Position numbers and translations under genes: made by a program. From Candidatus Odinarchaeia archaeon (GTDB lineage Archaea; Asgardarchaeota; Odinarchaeia; Odinarchaeales; Odinarchaeaceae), in assembly GCA_029856525.1 (NCBI GenBank), contig JAHQXC010000004.1, positions 1-32,000 on the forward strand: a DNA stretch of 32,000 bases, in the 5' to 3' direction. The notes under the pieces were generated by a model that worked only from the letters and a program-made list of their open reading frames with translations, was not told the DNA's origin and did not search any database. The first letter of the stretch is position 1; each line of letters begins with the position of its first letter. This document shows positions 1 through 8,226 of the stretch, in pieces.

Positions 1-287
1 CTTATTATTTGGAAGAATTGTTTGAAATCATTTACACTAGTTTTCGCATCCGCTAATATAACGGCGATAACATCATCGTTAAGTTTTTTGAAGAATACTT
101 TTCGATCGGATATTAAAAGCTCACGCGGCTCTGATTTAAAGGCTTCTCTGAAAAACGAGCTGAAAGCGCTTAGAAAACCAGCTATAATCTCCGGGGAGAG
201 GCCCCCTCCGATGAAATCTTTACGATATAATAGTTTACCTCCATCGGTGATTATGTAAACCTGTTTTAACGAGTTTTTCTGATCCAT
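1..287 (-). CDS. Longin-like domain protein (partial, runs off the left edge; not in ORF track)
   Basis: Manual translation from ATG at 287 (GGTGTG SD-like motif upstream): MDQKNSLKQVYIITDGGKLLYRKDFIGGGLSPEIIAGFLSAFSSFFREAFKSEPRELLISDRKVFFKKLNDDVIAVILAD..., with no stop before base 1. The pattern beta-beta (VYII-x-x-GG-x-LLY), helix (I-A-G-F-L-S-A-F-x-x-F), then beta hairpin is typical of Asgard longin/sensor-like domains. Confidence 0.7.
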   Translation of the reverse strand, partial: MDQKNSLKQVYIITDGGKLLYRKDFIGGGLSPEIIAGFLSAFSSFFREAFKSEPRELLISDRKVFFKKLNDDVIAVILADAKTSVNDFKQFFQII

Positions 288-581
288 TCACACACCTTAT
301 CTCTCACCGGGTTTTATTATTAAATATGCGCTCTATTTTATTATAATATGAAATACACTTTTATTATAAAAATTGATTGTATAAATTAAACAGAGGAATT
401 GATTATTAAATTCTTTTTTGCTTTTAAATTTATTTTTAAGATTAAAGTTTAACGTTTTAAAAAATATAATCTAGATTTAATTAAAAATTATTGTTAGCTT
501 TCGCTAAGACTAAAATATTACCATAGCAAATAAATAGTATTAGGGAGCGTATTATTTTAGGTCATAGGCGGGATTTAAACC

Positions 582-3500
582 ATGGCTTTTAAGCTTGAAG
601 AGTTTATTAAAGATTCTGTTAAACTCAGCAATCATGTAAGCACCCAGGACACCGGGTTGAATAAAATGCCATCGCAATCTAGTAGTAATATAATTGCCGA
701 GTCTCCGCCGGATTTAAGCCGAAGTATTCTATTATCAGTTAACTATGACGGTGTTAAAGGCCTCGCCTATGCTAAACTATACTGTTTAGAAGATAATAGA
801 ATCTATTTCTGGTATGATAACACTCAGCATCATCCATATTGTTTAACCGATTTAAATGAGGAGGAGCTTAAAACTATAGAAGCCTTGATGAAACATCCCG
901 GGTTACTTGGATTTAAAAAAATTAGAAAGCATAGTCTACTATATGATAGAGATATTGAAATGGTTAAAATAGAGGCTAAGGATCCTTTAAGCATAGGCGG
1001 TAAAAAGAATTCGATAAGAGAGATTCCAGGTCTTAGAACATGGGAGAGTAATATTAGATACCATCACTCTTATATTATGGATAGACAGTTAACCCCAGGC
1101 TGTATATACTATATTAAAAACGGTGTTCTACGCGAAGAATCATATGAGATGACTCCTGAACAATTAGCTGAAATAAGGCATCTTTTCAAAGAGGATTTAA
1201 AAATATACGAGGATCTTATAAAACGCTATCTACCGAGGATAATGGATGCAATCCCTGAATTATACCGTGTCGCGCTTGATATAGAAGTATCCACTCCTGT
1301 AGAGGATTTCATACCTGAACCTGAGACTTCAGAGTATCCGATAATATCTGTAGCTTTAGTGGATAGTAAAGATAATAGTAGGGTTCTTCTCTTATCCAAC
1401 GGTCAGAGTAAAGGTGTCAGACCTGAAAGCTTCCCCCAGGATGTTAAACTAGAATATTTTGAAAACGAAGTAGATTTAATTCGAACCGTTTTCTCATATA
1501 TAAGCGAGGTGCCTATACTATTAACTTTTAACGGCGATAATTTTGATTTAAGATACCTATATTATCGAGCTAAAAAATTAGGTGTTAGCGAGGATCAGAT
1601 TCCTATAGTTTTAGGAGACTACGCTGAACTTAAGAAGGGTATTCACATAGATCTCTACCCGTTTTTCAACAATGTATCGATTAAAGGCTATGCTTTCAGT
1701 AACCGATATATCGAATCAACTCTTAACAGTATAGCTAAATCTCTTTTAAACGAGGAGAAAATTCAATGCGATAAATTTATCACAGACCTCTCTTTAATGG
1801 AGCTCGCTCACTACTGCTGGAATGACAGCAGGCTTACAATGAAATTGACGAAATTTAATAATGAACTTGTGATGAGACTGATAATATTATTGATGAGAAT
1901 CTCCCATCTCCCCATAGAGGATTTAACTAGAACAGCGGTTTCAGCTTGGATTCGAAACCTCATGTTCTATGAACACCGGTATAAAAACTATTTAATACCG
2001 AATCAAGAGGATATATTAAAAGAGAAAGGGGAAATCCACAGTCAATCAATAATTAAAGGTAAAAAGTTTAAAGGAGCTATAGTTATAGAGCCGGTTAGAG
2101 GGGTTCACTTTAATGTAGTTGTTTTAGACTTCGCATCTCTTTATCCATCTATAATAAAGAAATATAATCTCTCATATGAAACAGTTCAATGCCCTGACCC
2201 TGATTGTAAAAATAATATTCTCCCTGGAACCGATTACTGTGTATGCAAGAAAAGGATAGGATTATTCTCTTCAATAGTAGGTTTTCTAAGAGATCTGCGT
2301 GTAAACTGGTTTAAAGTGAAGGCTAAAGATAAAAGTATAATACAGGAAACCCGAGACTACTATAAAGTTATAGAGCAGGCTTTAAAAGTTTTCATAAACG
2401 CTTGCCTCCCAGCGGATGAAGAGATACTAGTTAGAAGAGAAGACGGCTTACTTGAGAAGATTAGTATAGGTGAACTTAAAAAAAGAGATTGGAAAAAATT
2501 AAACGTTCTCTCAGTTCACAACACGCGCATTGGATTCGGTGAACCCTTCTTTTCACCTATACTAGACTTTGAAAAAAAATATAGCGCTGAATTAATAACT
2601 ATTACCACGGAAGATGGGCGTGAAATAAAATGCTCGCCTAATCATATTATCCCTAAAATTTCAGGAGGCGTTATTCAGGAGGCGCAGGCCTGCGATTTAA
2701 CACCGGGCGTAGATATTTTAATATACGCGCCAGCTCTTCTACCTGAAAAAAATATTGATCGGCTATTCATCCCAGACGTGTTATCTAATAAAGTGAAAAT
2801 CATAGTTAAATACCCTGCTCTAAACTCCCGGCTACTCTCCGTTCATCACTCTCAAAAAATCGCCTATTCAGCTGACGGAGGCTCCACAACCGTTGATTGG
2901 AATTTAATACCAGACGAGGAGAAGAAGATTATTAGAGATGAGTCGAATAATCTGGAATTTAAAATAGGATGGAACTCAAGTAACTGGTATCCAGGTTATT
3001 TGAATATAAACGATGATTTCATAAAACTTTTAGGCTATTATCTTAAGATAGGTGAGGTTGAACGAAACTATATTATTTTCAACACTCAATGTTCAAACAA
3101 TGTAAACCATGTGCTCTACTGTTTAAAACGTTTAAACCCAGGGTTAGATTATAAGATAATCAGTGCTGGAGTAAACAGTGTTAAAGTGAAATCTAAAATT
3201 TTAGCTTTAATATTAAGGAGATTATGCGGTGTTAAAAATAATAAAACTATTCCATTATATTTATTGAATCATAGAACTGCGAAGTTAATTTTACAATCCT
3301 ACACTGAGCTCGATGAATGCAATGTTATTAAAGTGAAAGGGAGAAAACTGAAAAATGATCTTATATACATCTTTGACTGTCTGAGGGTTAAATTCCACTG
3401 TGAAAGTGTAGGTGAAGACGAATATACATTTAGAATCAGCGGATTCTCAGCCGCTGAACATGAATTTAACAAAAAACTTGGAGGTCTTATCTTAAAACGT

Positions 3501-4403
3501 GTAGCAGCCATTAAACCTGTAAAAGGTAAGCGATACGTTTACGACTTATCGACTGTAAACGGCTGGTTTGTTTCAACTAATAATATAATAGTCCATAACT
3601 CTTACGGTGTGATAGGCAGCGATGTCTTCCCATTATATACTCCGCCTGTAGCTGACAGTACTACCGCTATAGGCAGATACGCTATAACTAAAGTTATTGA
3701 AAAAGCTAAATCCCTAGGCGTTCAAGTATTATACGGTGACACTGACAGCGTCTTCTTAAAGAATCCTTCAAGAGACCAGGTTAACGCGCTTATCGAATGG
3801 AGTTCACGAGAACTTGGCATAGACTTAGATGTTGATAAAATATACCGTTACGTGGCTTTAAGCGATCGGAAGAAAAATTACTTAGGAGTTTATGAGAACG
3901 GTGATGTTGACATTAAAGGGTTAACTGGTAAAAAGAAGCATGTCCCAGTATTCCTCCAGAGAGCTTTCAACGAGATGATAAAGGTTTTAAGTAATGTTCA
4001 CAGTGAACAGGAGTTTAACGAGGCTAAAAATAAAATCAGAGAGATTGCAACATCGCTTTACAGGAAAATCGAGCGCAGGGAAATACCTTTAGAAGAATTA
4101 GCGTTTAAAGTTCAAATGAGTAAACCGATTGAATCCTACACTAAGACAACACCCCAGCATATTAAAGCCGCTAAGCTTTTAGAGGATAGAGGGAAAGAGG
4201 TTAAACCGGGCGGGATAATCGCATTCGTTAAGACACGTGACGAGCTCGGTGTTAAGCCTTTATCCATAGCATCCATCAACGACATAGACACTGAAAAATA
4301 CAAGGAGGCGATTGAATCTACATTCGATCAGGTACTTGACTCTCTGAACATCGATTTCAAAGAGGTTATGGGTATCCGTAAGCTCTCTGATTTCTTCAGC
4401 TAA
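582..4403 (+). CDS. polB: Family B DNA polymerase, PolB1-like, intein-containing precursor (1273 aa; about 874 aa after splicing)
   Basis: ExoI ALDIEV, ExoII FNGDNFD, ExoIII YCWND, motif A DFASLYPS, motif B KVFINA/SYG, motif C YGDTDS. The N-terminal LLSVNYDG...YDNTQHHPY pattern resembles crenarchaeal PolB1. C-terminal KLSDFFS is PIP-like. Confidence 0.95.
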   Translation: MAFKLEEFIKDSVKLSNHVSTQDTGLNKMPSQSSSNIIAESPPDLSRSILLSVNYDGVKGLAYAKLYCLEDNRIYFWYDNTQHHPYCLTDLNEEELKTIEALMKHPGLLGFKKIRKHSLLYDRDIEMVKIEAKDPLSIGGKKNSIREIPGLRTWESNIRYHHSYIMDRQLTPGCIYYIKNGVLREESYEMTPEQLAEIRHLFKEDLKIYEDLIKRYLPRIMDAIPELYRVALDIEVSTPVEDFIPEPETSEYPIISVALVDSKDNSRVLLLSNGQSKGVRPESFPQDVKLEYFENEVDLIRTVFSYISEVPILLTFNGDNFDLRYLYYRAKKLGVSEDQIPIVLGDYAELKKGIHIDLYPFFNNVSIKGYAFSNRYIESTLNSIAKSLLNEEKIQCDKFITDLSLMELAHYCWNDSRLTMKLTKFNNELVMRLIILLMRISHLPIEDLTRTAVSAWIRNLMFYEHRYKNYLIPNQEDILKEKGEIHSQSIIKGKKFKGAIVIEPVRGVHFNVVVLDFASLYPSIIKKYNLSYETVQCPDPDCKNNILPGTDYCVCKKRIGLFSSIVGFLRDLRVNWFKVKAKDKSIIQETRDYYKVIEQALKVFINACLPADEEILVRREDGLLEKISIGELKKRDWKKLNVLSVHNTRIGFGEPFFSPILDFEKKYSAELITITTEDGREIKCSPNHIIPKISGGVIQEAQACDLTPGVDILIYAPALLPEKNIDRLFIPDVLSNKVKIIVKYPALNSRLLSVHHSQKIAYSADGGSTTVDWNLIPDEEKKIIRDESNNLEFKIGWNSSNWYPGYLNINDDFIKLLGYYLKIGEVERNYIIFNTQCSNNVNHVLYCLKRLNPGLDYKIISAGVNSVKVKSKILALILRRLCGVKNNKTIPLYLLNHRTAKLILQSYTELDECNVIKVKGRKLKNDLIYIFDCLRVKFHCESVGEDEYTFRISGFSAAEHEFNKKLGGLILKRVAAIKPVKGKRYVYDLSTVNGWFVSTNNIIVHNSYGVIGSDVFPLYTPPVADSTTAIGRYAITKVIEKAKSLGVQVLYGDTDSVFLKNPSRDQVNALIEWSSRELGIDLDVDKIYRYVALSDRKKNYLGVYENGDVDIKGLTGKKKHVPVFLQRAFNEMIKVLSNVHSEQEFNEAKNKIREIATSLYRKIERREIPLEELAFKVQMSKPIESYTKTTPQHIKAAKLLEDRGKEVKPGGIIAFVKTRDELGVKPLSIASINDIDTEKYKEAIESTFDQVLDSLNIDFKEVMGIRKLSDFFS
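2403..3599 (+). mobile_element. Intein (399 aa, residues 608-1006) with degenerate LAGLIDADG homing endonuclease
   Basis: Starts with Cys (CLPADEEILV, block A), block B IKCSPNH, block F YVYDLS, ends IIVHN followed by +1 Ser. Removing it restores KVFINASYGVIG. Confidence 0.93.
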
Positions 4404-4511
4404 ACTATTTATAATCTAAGCTTAAACTTCGTAGTGAAACTACAAAAATTATAGAAAGATTTTTAATATTTAAAATATATATTAAGTTTAATAAATATAA
4501 GAGGGTTTTAA

Positions 4512-5339
4512 ATGCCACTTCATGGAACAGCTAGCGACATAGTTAAAAAACTAGTGGAACTAGGATTCACCACATATGAGGCTAAAGTCTATTTAGTGTT
4601 ATCTACTGAAGGCCCATTAAACCCCACGGAAATAGCTGATAAATCAGGTGTCCCCAGACCAAACGTGTACAGGGTTCTCGAGAAGCTTGAAGCTGAAGGC
4701 TATGCTAGACGAGAGGCTGTTCCGAGAGGAGCCAGATATTTAGCGGTAACCCCTGAAGAGGTTATTTCAAAAATAGAGCAGCATCTTAGAAATAAAACAG
4801 CAGCCGTAGAAGAGCTTAAAGGGCTTATCAAGTCGCTTAAACCAGCCGAGATCGTAAGCGCAAGTGAAACCATGTGGCTTGTAAACGGCGTTGAAGAAAT
4901 AAAAAATTTAGTTCAGAAGTCGATTCTAAAATCAGAGAAAGAGCTTATCATTCTCTCACCCCCCTTGTTCGGGCAGGAAACATTAGAAGAGAAAAAAAAT
5001 GTTTTAGACCAGCTGATCAAAAAAGTGGAGGCTAAAGTGGAGTTAATAATAGGATGGCCTATAGGCAAGGAAGATGTAGATTTCGTTCAAGAATTATTAA
5101 AAAAGGCGACAGTCTACCACTGGAGTCTAGGAGAAGTACCTATGGGAATATACTGCTCTGATGGAAAAGAGTGTTTGATAACATTCATAGGTAAATGGGC
5201 GCCTATACTAACATATGATTTAGGTTTATGGATAAGAAATCCTATATACGTGAAACCTATAGAATATTTAGCTAGTAAATTATTGACTATTACAAAACCC
5301 GCCGAGGAACGTATTCGCGAATTAATGGAGGCGCATTAA
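4512..5339 (+). CDS. TrmB-family transcriptional regulator (wHTH plus C-terminal PLD-like effector domain)
   Basis: LGFTTYEAKVYLVL...EIADKSGVPRPNVYRVLEKLEAEG is the TrmB N-terminal signature, followed by a coiled coil and an SEKELIILSP...SDGKECLI-type C-terminal domain. Confidence 0.88.
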   Translation: MPLHGTASDIVKKLVELGFTTYEAKVYLVLSTEGPLNPTEIADKSGVPRPNVYRVLEKLEAEGYARREAVPRGARYLAVTPEEVISKIEQHLRNKTAAVEELKGLIKSLKPAEIVSASETMWLVNGVEEIKNLVQKSILKSEKELIILSPPLFGQETLEEKKNVLDQLIKKVEAKVELIIGWPIGKEDVDFVQELLKKATVYHWSLGEVPMGIYCSDGKECLITFIGKWAPILTYDLGLWIRNPIYVKPIEYLASKLLTITKPAEERIRELMEAH

Positions 5340-5861
5340 TTGAGTAAAAAATACGTGTTTAAACTGGTAGTTTTAGGAGATGAAAGAGTAGGTAAAACCT
5401 CTCTCATATTCAGATATACTGAAAGAAGATTTCTAGGAGACTATAAACCTACGATAGGAATCGATTTCTCAGCTAAACTTGTCGAGATAGGTAAATATAA
5501 TGTTGATCTTATCATCTGGGATTTAGGCGGACAGGAGAAGTACAGGATTTTGAGAAAACACTATTTAGAAGGCGCTAGGGGAGCTATACTAGTATTCGAT
5601 TTAACTAACAGCCAGTCTCTTGAACATATAAACAGCTGGTATACTGATCTTCAACAAAACTGCGGTGACGTCCCAGCCATACTCGTCGGTAATAAAGCTG
5701 ATTTAGTTCAAGAACGGAAAGTATCAGCTGAAGAAGCTAGAAGAAAAGCTGAACTGTTAGGGTTAAAATATATGGAATGCTCAGCTAAAGATGGAACAGC
5801 GGTTGATGAAGCGTTCAAGGATATAACCCAGCAGATGATAGAGAAATATGTATACGGCTGA
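5340..5861 (+). CDS. Rab-like small GTPase (Ras superfamily), no C-terminal prenylation motif
   Basis: G1 GDERVGKTS, G2 YKPTIGIDF, G3 WDLGGQE, G4 NKAD, G5 CSAK. TTG start with GGAGG at 5327-5331. Confidence 0.95.
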   Translation: MSKKYVFKLVVLGDERVGKTSLIFRYTERRFLGDYKPTIGIDFSAKLVEIGKYNVDLIIWDLGGQEKYRILRKHYLEGARGAILVFDLTNSQSLEHINSWYTDLQQNCGDVPAILVGNKADLVQERKVSAEEARRKAELLGLKYMECSAKDGTAVDEAFKDITQQMIEKYVYG

Positions 5862-5868
5862 ATTCGAT

Positions 5869-6024
5869 TCAACGTTTAACAGGAAACTCATAACCACACT
5901 CAGGGCATTTACAAAAACCACAGTCGCCTAAAGACCTACTAGGGCATGAACCGCACGCGAAAACTCGACCATAAGATATATTAAAGGTGAAACCGCATTT
6001 AGGGCATTTAACAAGATTACTCAT
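5869..6024 (-). CDS. 51-aa cysteine-rich microprotein with four CxxC motifs (not in ORF track)
   Basis: Manual translation: MSNLVKCPKCGFTFNISYGRVFACGSCPSRSLGDCGFCKCPECGYEFPVKR*. Alternative in-frame ATG at 6033. Confidence 0.85.
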   Translation of the reverse strand: MSNLVKCPKCGFTFNISYGRVFACGSCPSRSLGDCGFCKCPECGYEFPVKR

Positions 6025-6176
6025 ATCAACCATCTCTTTAAGCTAAAGAAACTTTAACCATACATTTTTTAAACTTAACTCTAAATTACAGCTATATAAG
6101 CTGAGAGGAAACAATAAATACCAGCGTTAGCAAATTAACTATAATAATTTTAATCCATGTTTAAGATTGATGGAAA

Positions 6177-6800
6177 ATGGAGATCAAAGGATATATATTG
6201 ATAAAAGGGAATGTATACCCGGCCTCTGAAGTGTTAAAGGCGATTGCTAAAAATCCTCATATAAGGTTATCTTTAACTGATAAAGGAGCTCTACTGATAG
6301 GGGACTCCAAGATCGATAAATTAAACGAGCCTCTACCGAACATAATCAAAAACATTCTCTGCTTTAAAGCGTTAGCATACTGCTGTCCACTAGACAGGCC
6401 TTGCTCCAACCGAGATTTAGCATTAGAATTATTGGGGATAAGTAAAACAGTGTATAAGAATCTTAAAGAAGAATTCGAGGGGAAACTGTTAAACTATATT
6501 AGTGAATCAGGAATTCAAGGTAAATCTATACCAGGTAAAGAAATATTTTACAGTGAGCAACCTGACCGTGATATTTTAGAAGAATGGGATTTCTCATCTC
6601 TATCGAAACCTGAGAATCCTTATAAAAATGTAGAGGAGAGTAAACATGGAGAGACTGACGCGTTAAACTTCTTTACAATTTTAAGCGGTGAAACAGAATC
6701 TGAAAGACGGAAAGAAATTTATTGTAAAAGATGCGGGCGAAGCGTCGAAGCTTCAGCCAGATACTGTCCTAATTGTGGTAGTTTAATCGAAAAAGTTTAA
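6177..6800 (+). CDS. Hypothetical protein with a methanogenesis-marker-9-like Cys motif and a C-terminal zinc ribbon
   Basis: CFKALAYCCPLDRPCSNRDLALELLGISKTVYKNLKEEF (residues 62-100) and C-terminal CKRC...CPNC. Confidence 0.65.
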   Translation: MEIKGYILIKGNVYPASEVLKAIAKNPHIRLSLTDKGALLIGDSKIDKLNEPLPNIIKNILCFKALAYCCPLDRPCSNRDLALELLGISKTVYKNLKEEFEGKLLNYISESGIQGKSIPGKEIFYSEQPDRDILEEWDFSSLSKPENPYKNVEESKHGETDALNFFTILSGETESERRKEIYCKRCGRSVEASARYCPNCGSLIEKV

Positions 6801-6814
6801 AATAATTACAGAAA

Positions 6815-6951
6815 TTAGTTTTATAAATTTCGCTGCTGGAAGAGCAATGGTTTTAAGTGGTTGATGCGAACCAGCCTAAAATCTCACAGTGTACTTGTTA
6901 ACAGCACGCTGCGCGAGGGGAGAACCCCGTCTTTAGATGTGGGTAGTTCAC
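6815..6951 (+). mobile_element. Non-autonomous IS200/IS605-like element or TnpB omega-RNA-like locus, copy 1
   Basis: First 91 nt are 90/91 identical to 9758-9848. Ends GAACCCCGTCTTTAGATGTGGGTAGTTCAC, a hairpin plus AGTTCAC typical of IS605-group right ends. Confidence 0.7.
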
Positions 6952-6953
6952 TT

Positions 6954-7886
6954 TCAAGTTATTAAAGGTTTAATTCTTCTCCCAACATTAAACATTCTAA
7001 ACCATTCACTGTCATTTAAAAATAATCCAGCGTAGGCTCCAGCATTACATCCTATACCACACCTTTCACATATAGGTTTAGCTCCATCACTATCTGTATT
7101 AGAAATCACGCATGATTGTTTTCTTCTACCTTTATTATCCAAATTTATAAAAAACCATTTCGGACAGTTTAAACTCCACCCTCCATCTCTAAATAAATTT
7201 AACTGCATTGAGGTGTTAGCGATAAAATCAGGGAGTTTCTCTTTTATTCTTATTATGTTATCTATAGTAGCATTCCGCTCTTTCCCGTAGGGTAACCACA
7301 ATTCGTCATCATAGGAAAACGGTGTGTGAAACTGAAATGTAATCGCTTGAGCTATAGGATACCACTCGCTAATAACTTTCGGAATTACTTTATAGTTTAA
7401 TCTGTTTATCGTCATATTAATTACACATTTTATATCTGGATGGTCAATTATATTCTGTTTTATTTTTTCGTATATTTTCGCGCCTCTAATCATATTATGT
7501 ATCGACTCTGTTCCATCTATCGAGGTGAAATAACCCACACCGAAATTAATTAAAGGGATTGTCCCATTTGTTACTATGGAGACATTCCTCCACTTCATCT
7601 CATCTAAAATAGCTTCAATAACATCAACTCTAAGAAGCGGTTCACCGCCAGTTAAACTAATAGCGCATACTCCTTTCTCTATAATTTCTTTCCTTACTAT
7701 ACTTCTCCATTCATCGGCGCTTAACTCCCTGCTTGAATCATTATTTCGCCACCAGTAGCAGTGAATACAATTTAAATTACAGGCAGAGGTAATATCTATA
7801 GAACCGAATATCGGAATTTTTTTACCAAACAACTTTATTTGAATTATCTTCGAAGCGATTTCAGCGATGGTAATTATTTTTTTCAA
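6954..7886 (-). CDS. Radical SAM protein with C-terminal Cys cluster (SPASM/twitch-like)
   Basis: CNLNCIHC (CxxxCxxC), GGEP, TNG, SIDG motifs. C-terminal CV...CERCGIGC. TTG start. Confidence 0.88.
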   Translation of the reverse strand: MKKIITIAEIASKIIQIKLFGKKIPIFGSIDITSACNLNCIHCYWWRNNDSSRELSADEWRSIVRKEIIEKGVCAISLTGGEPLLRVDVIEAILDEMKWRNVSIVTNGTIPLINFGVGYFTSIDGTESIHNMIRGAKIYEKIKQNIIDHPDIKCVINMTINRLNYKVIPKVISEWYPIAQAITFQFHTPFSYDDELWLPYGKERNATIDNIIRIKEKLPDFIANTSMQLNLFRDGGWSLNCPKWFFINLDNKGRRKQSCVISNTDSDGAKPICERCGIGCNAGAYAGLFLNDSEWFRMFNVGRRIKPLIT

Positions 7887-8226
7887 TTAAAAGCCTTCCT
7901 TAAATTATATGGATATGAAATTAATTTTATATTTTTTTTAAAAAATTTTTAGAATATAAATTACTCTAAAAAATAAATTAACCTATATCCAAATCTATGT
8001 ACTTTAACTAACACCAGCTTTTAAAGTTGTTTAAATTTTATTTTAACCCTGCTCGCTGGAAGCCATCTCCAAATAGATGAGGGCTCCCTGTTCCTATTTT
8101 GCTATGACTTATGACAAGGACACAGTTTATATTTACAGGTAATGTTTAGTTCATGCTACTAACCGGTCGGCGGTAAGGCAAGATGCGCCTTTATGTAATT
8201 TCACAGTATAAATCTTCTAGATAACC

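Noticed and set aside
22-258. 78-aa + strand ORF in the track
   Set aside because: It is the antisense shadow of the longin-like gene on the minus strand, which has an SD and a recognisable motif pattern.
288-581. Very AT-rich 294-bp gap next to polB as a possible replication origin
   Set aside because: I found no ORB or mini-ORB repeats and there is no orc1/cdc6 gene in the window. A divergent promoter region explains it.
3299-3511. Short antisense or nested ORFs in the track (3299, 7576, 9890, 10599, 11124, 12635, 14021, 16204, 16661, 19511, 20176, 20941, 22843, 23068, 23617, 24166, 24610, 26238, 27732, 28361, 31003)
   Set aside because: Nearly all lie opposite or inside well-supported genes and have no recognisable motifs. 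The 9890 ORF is low-complexity promoter DNA.
8058-8075. Fluoride riboswitch-like GGAGATGGC on the minus strand
   Set aside because: The downstream pseudoknot and UGAUGA elements are missing, and no crcB or enolase-type gene follows.
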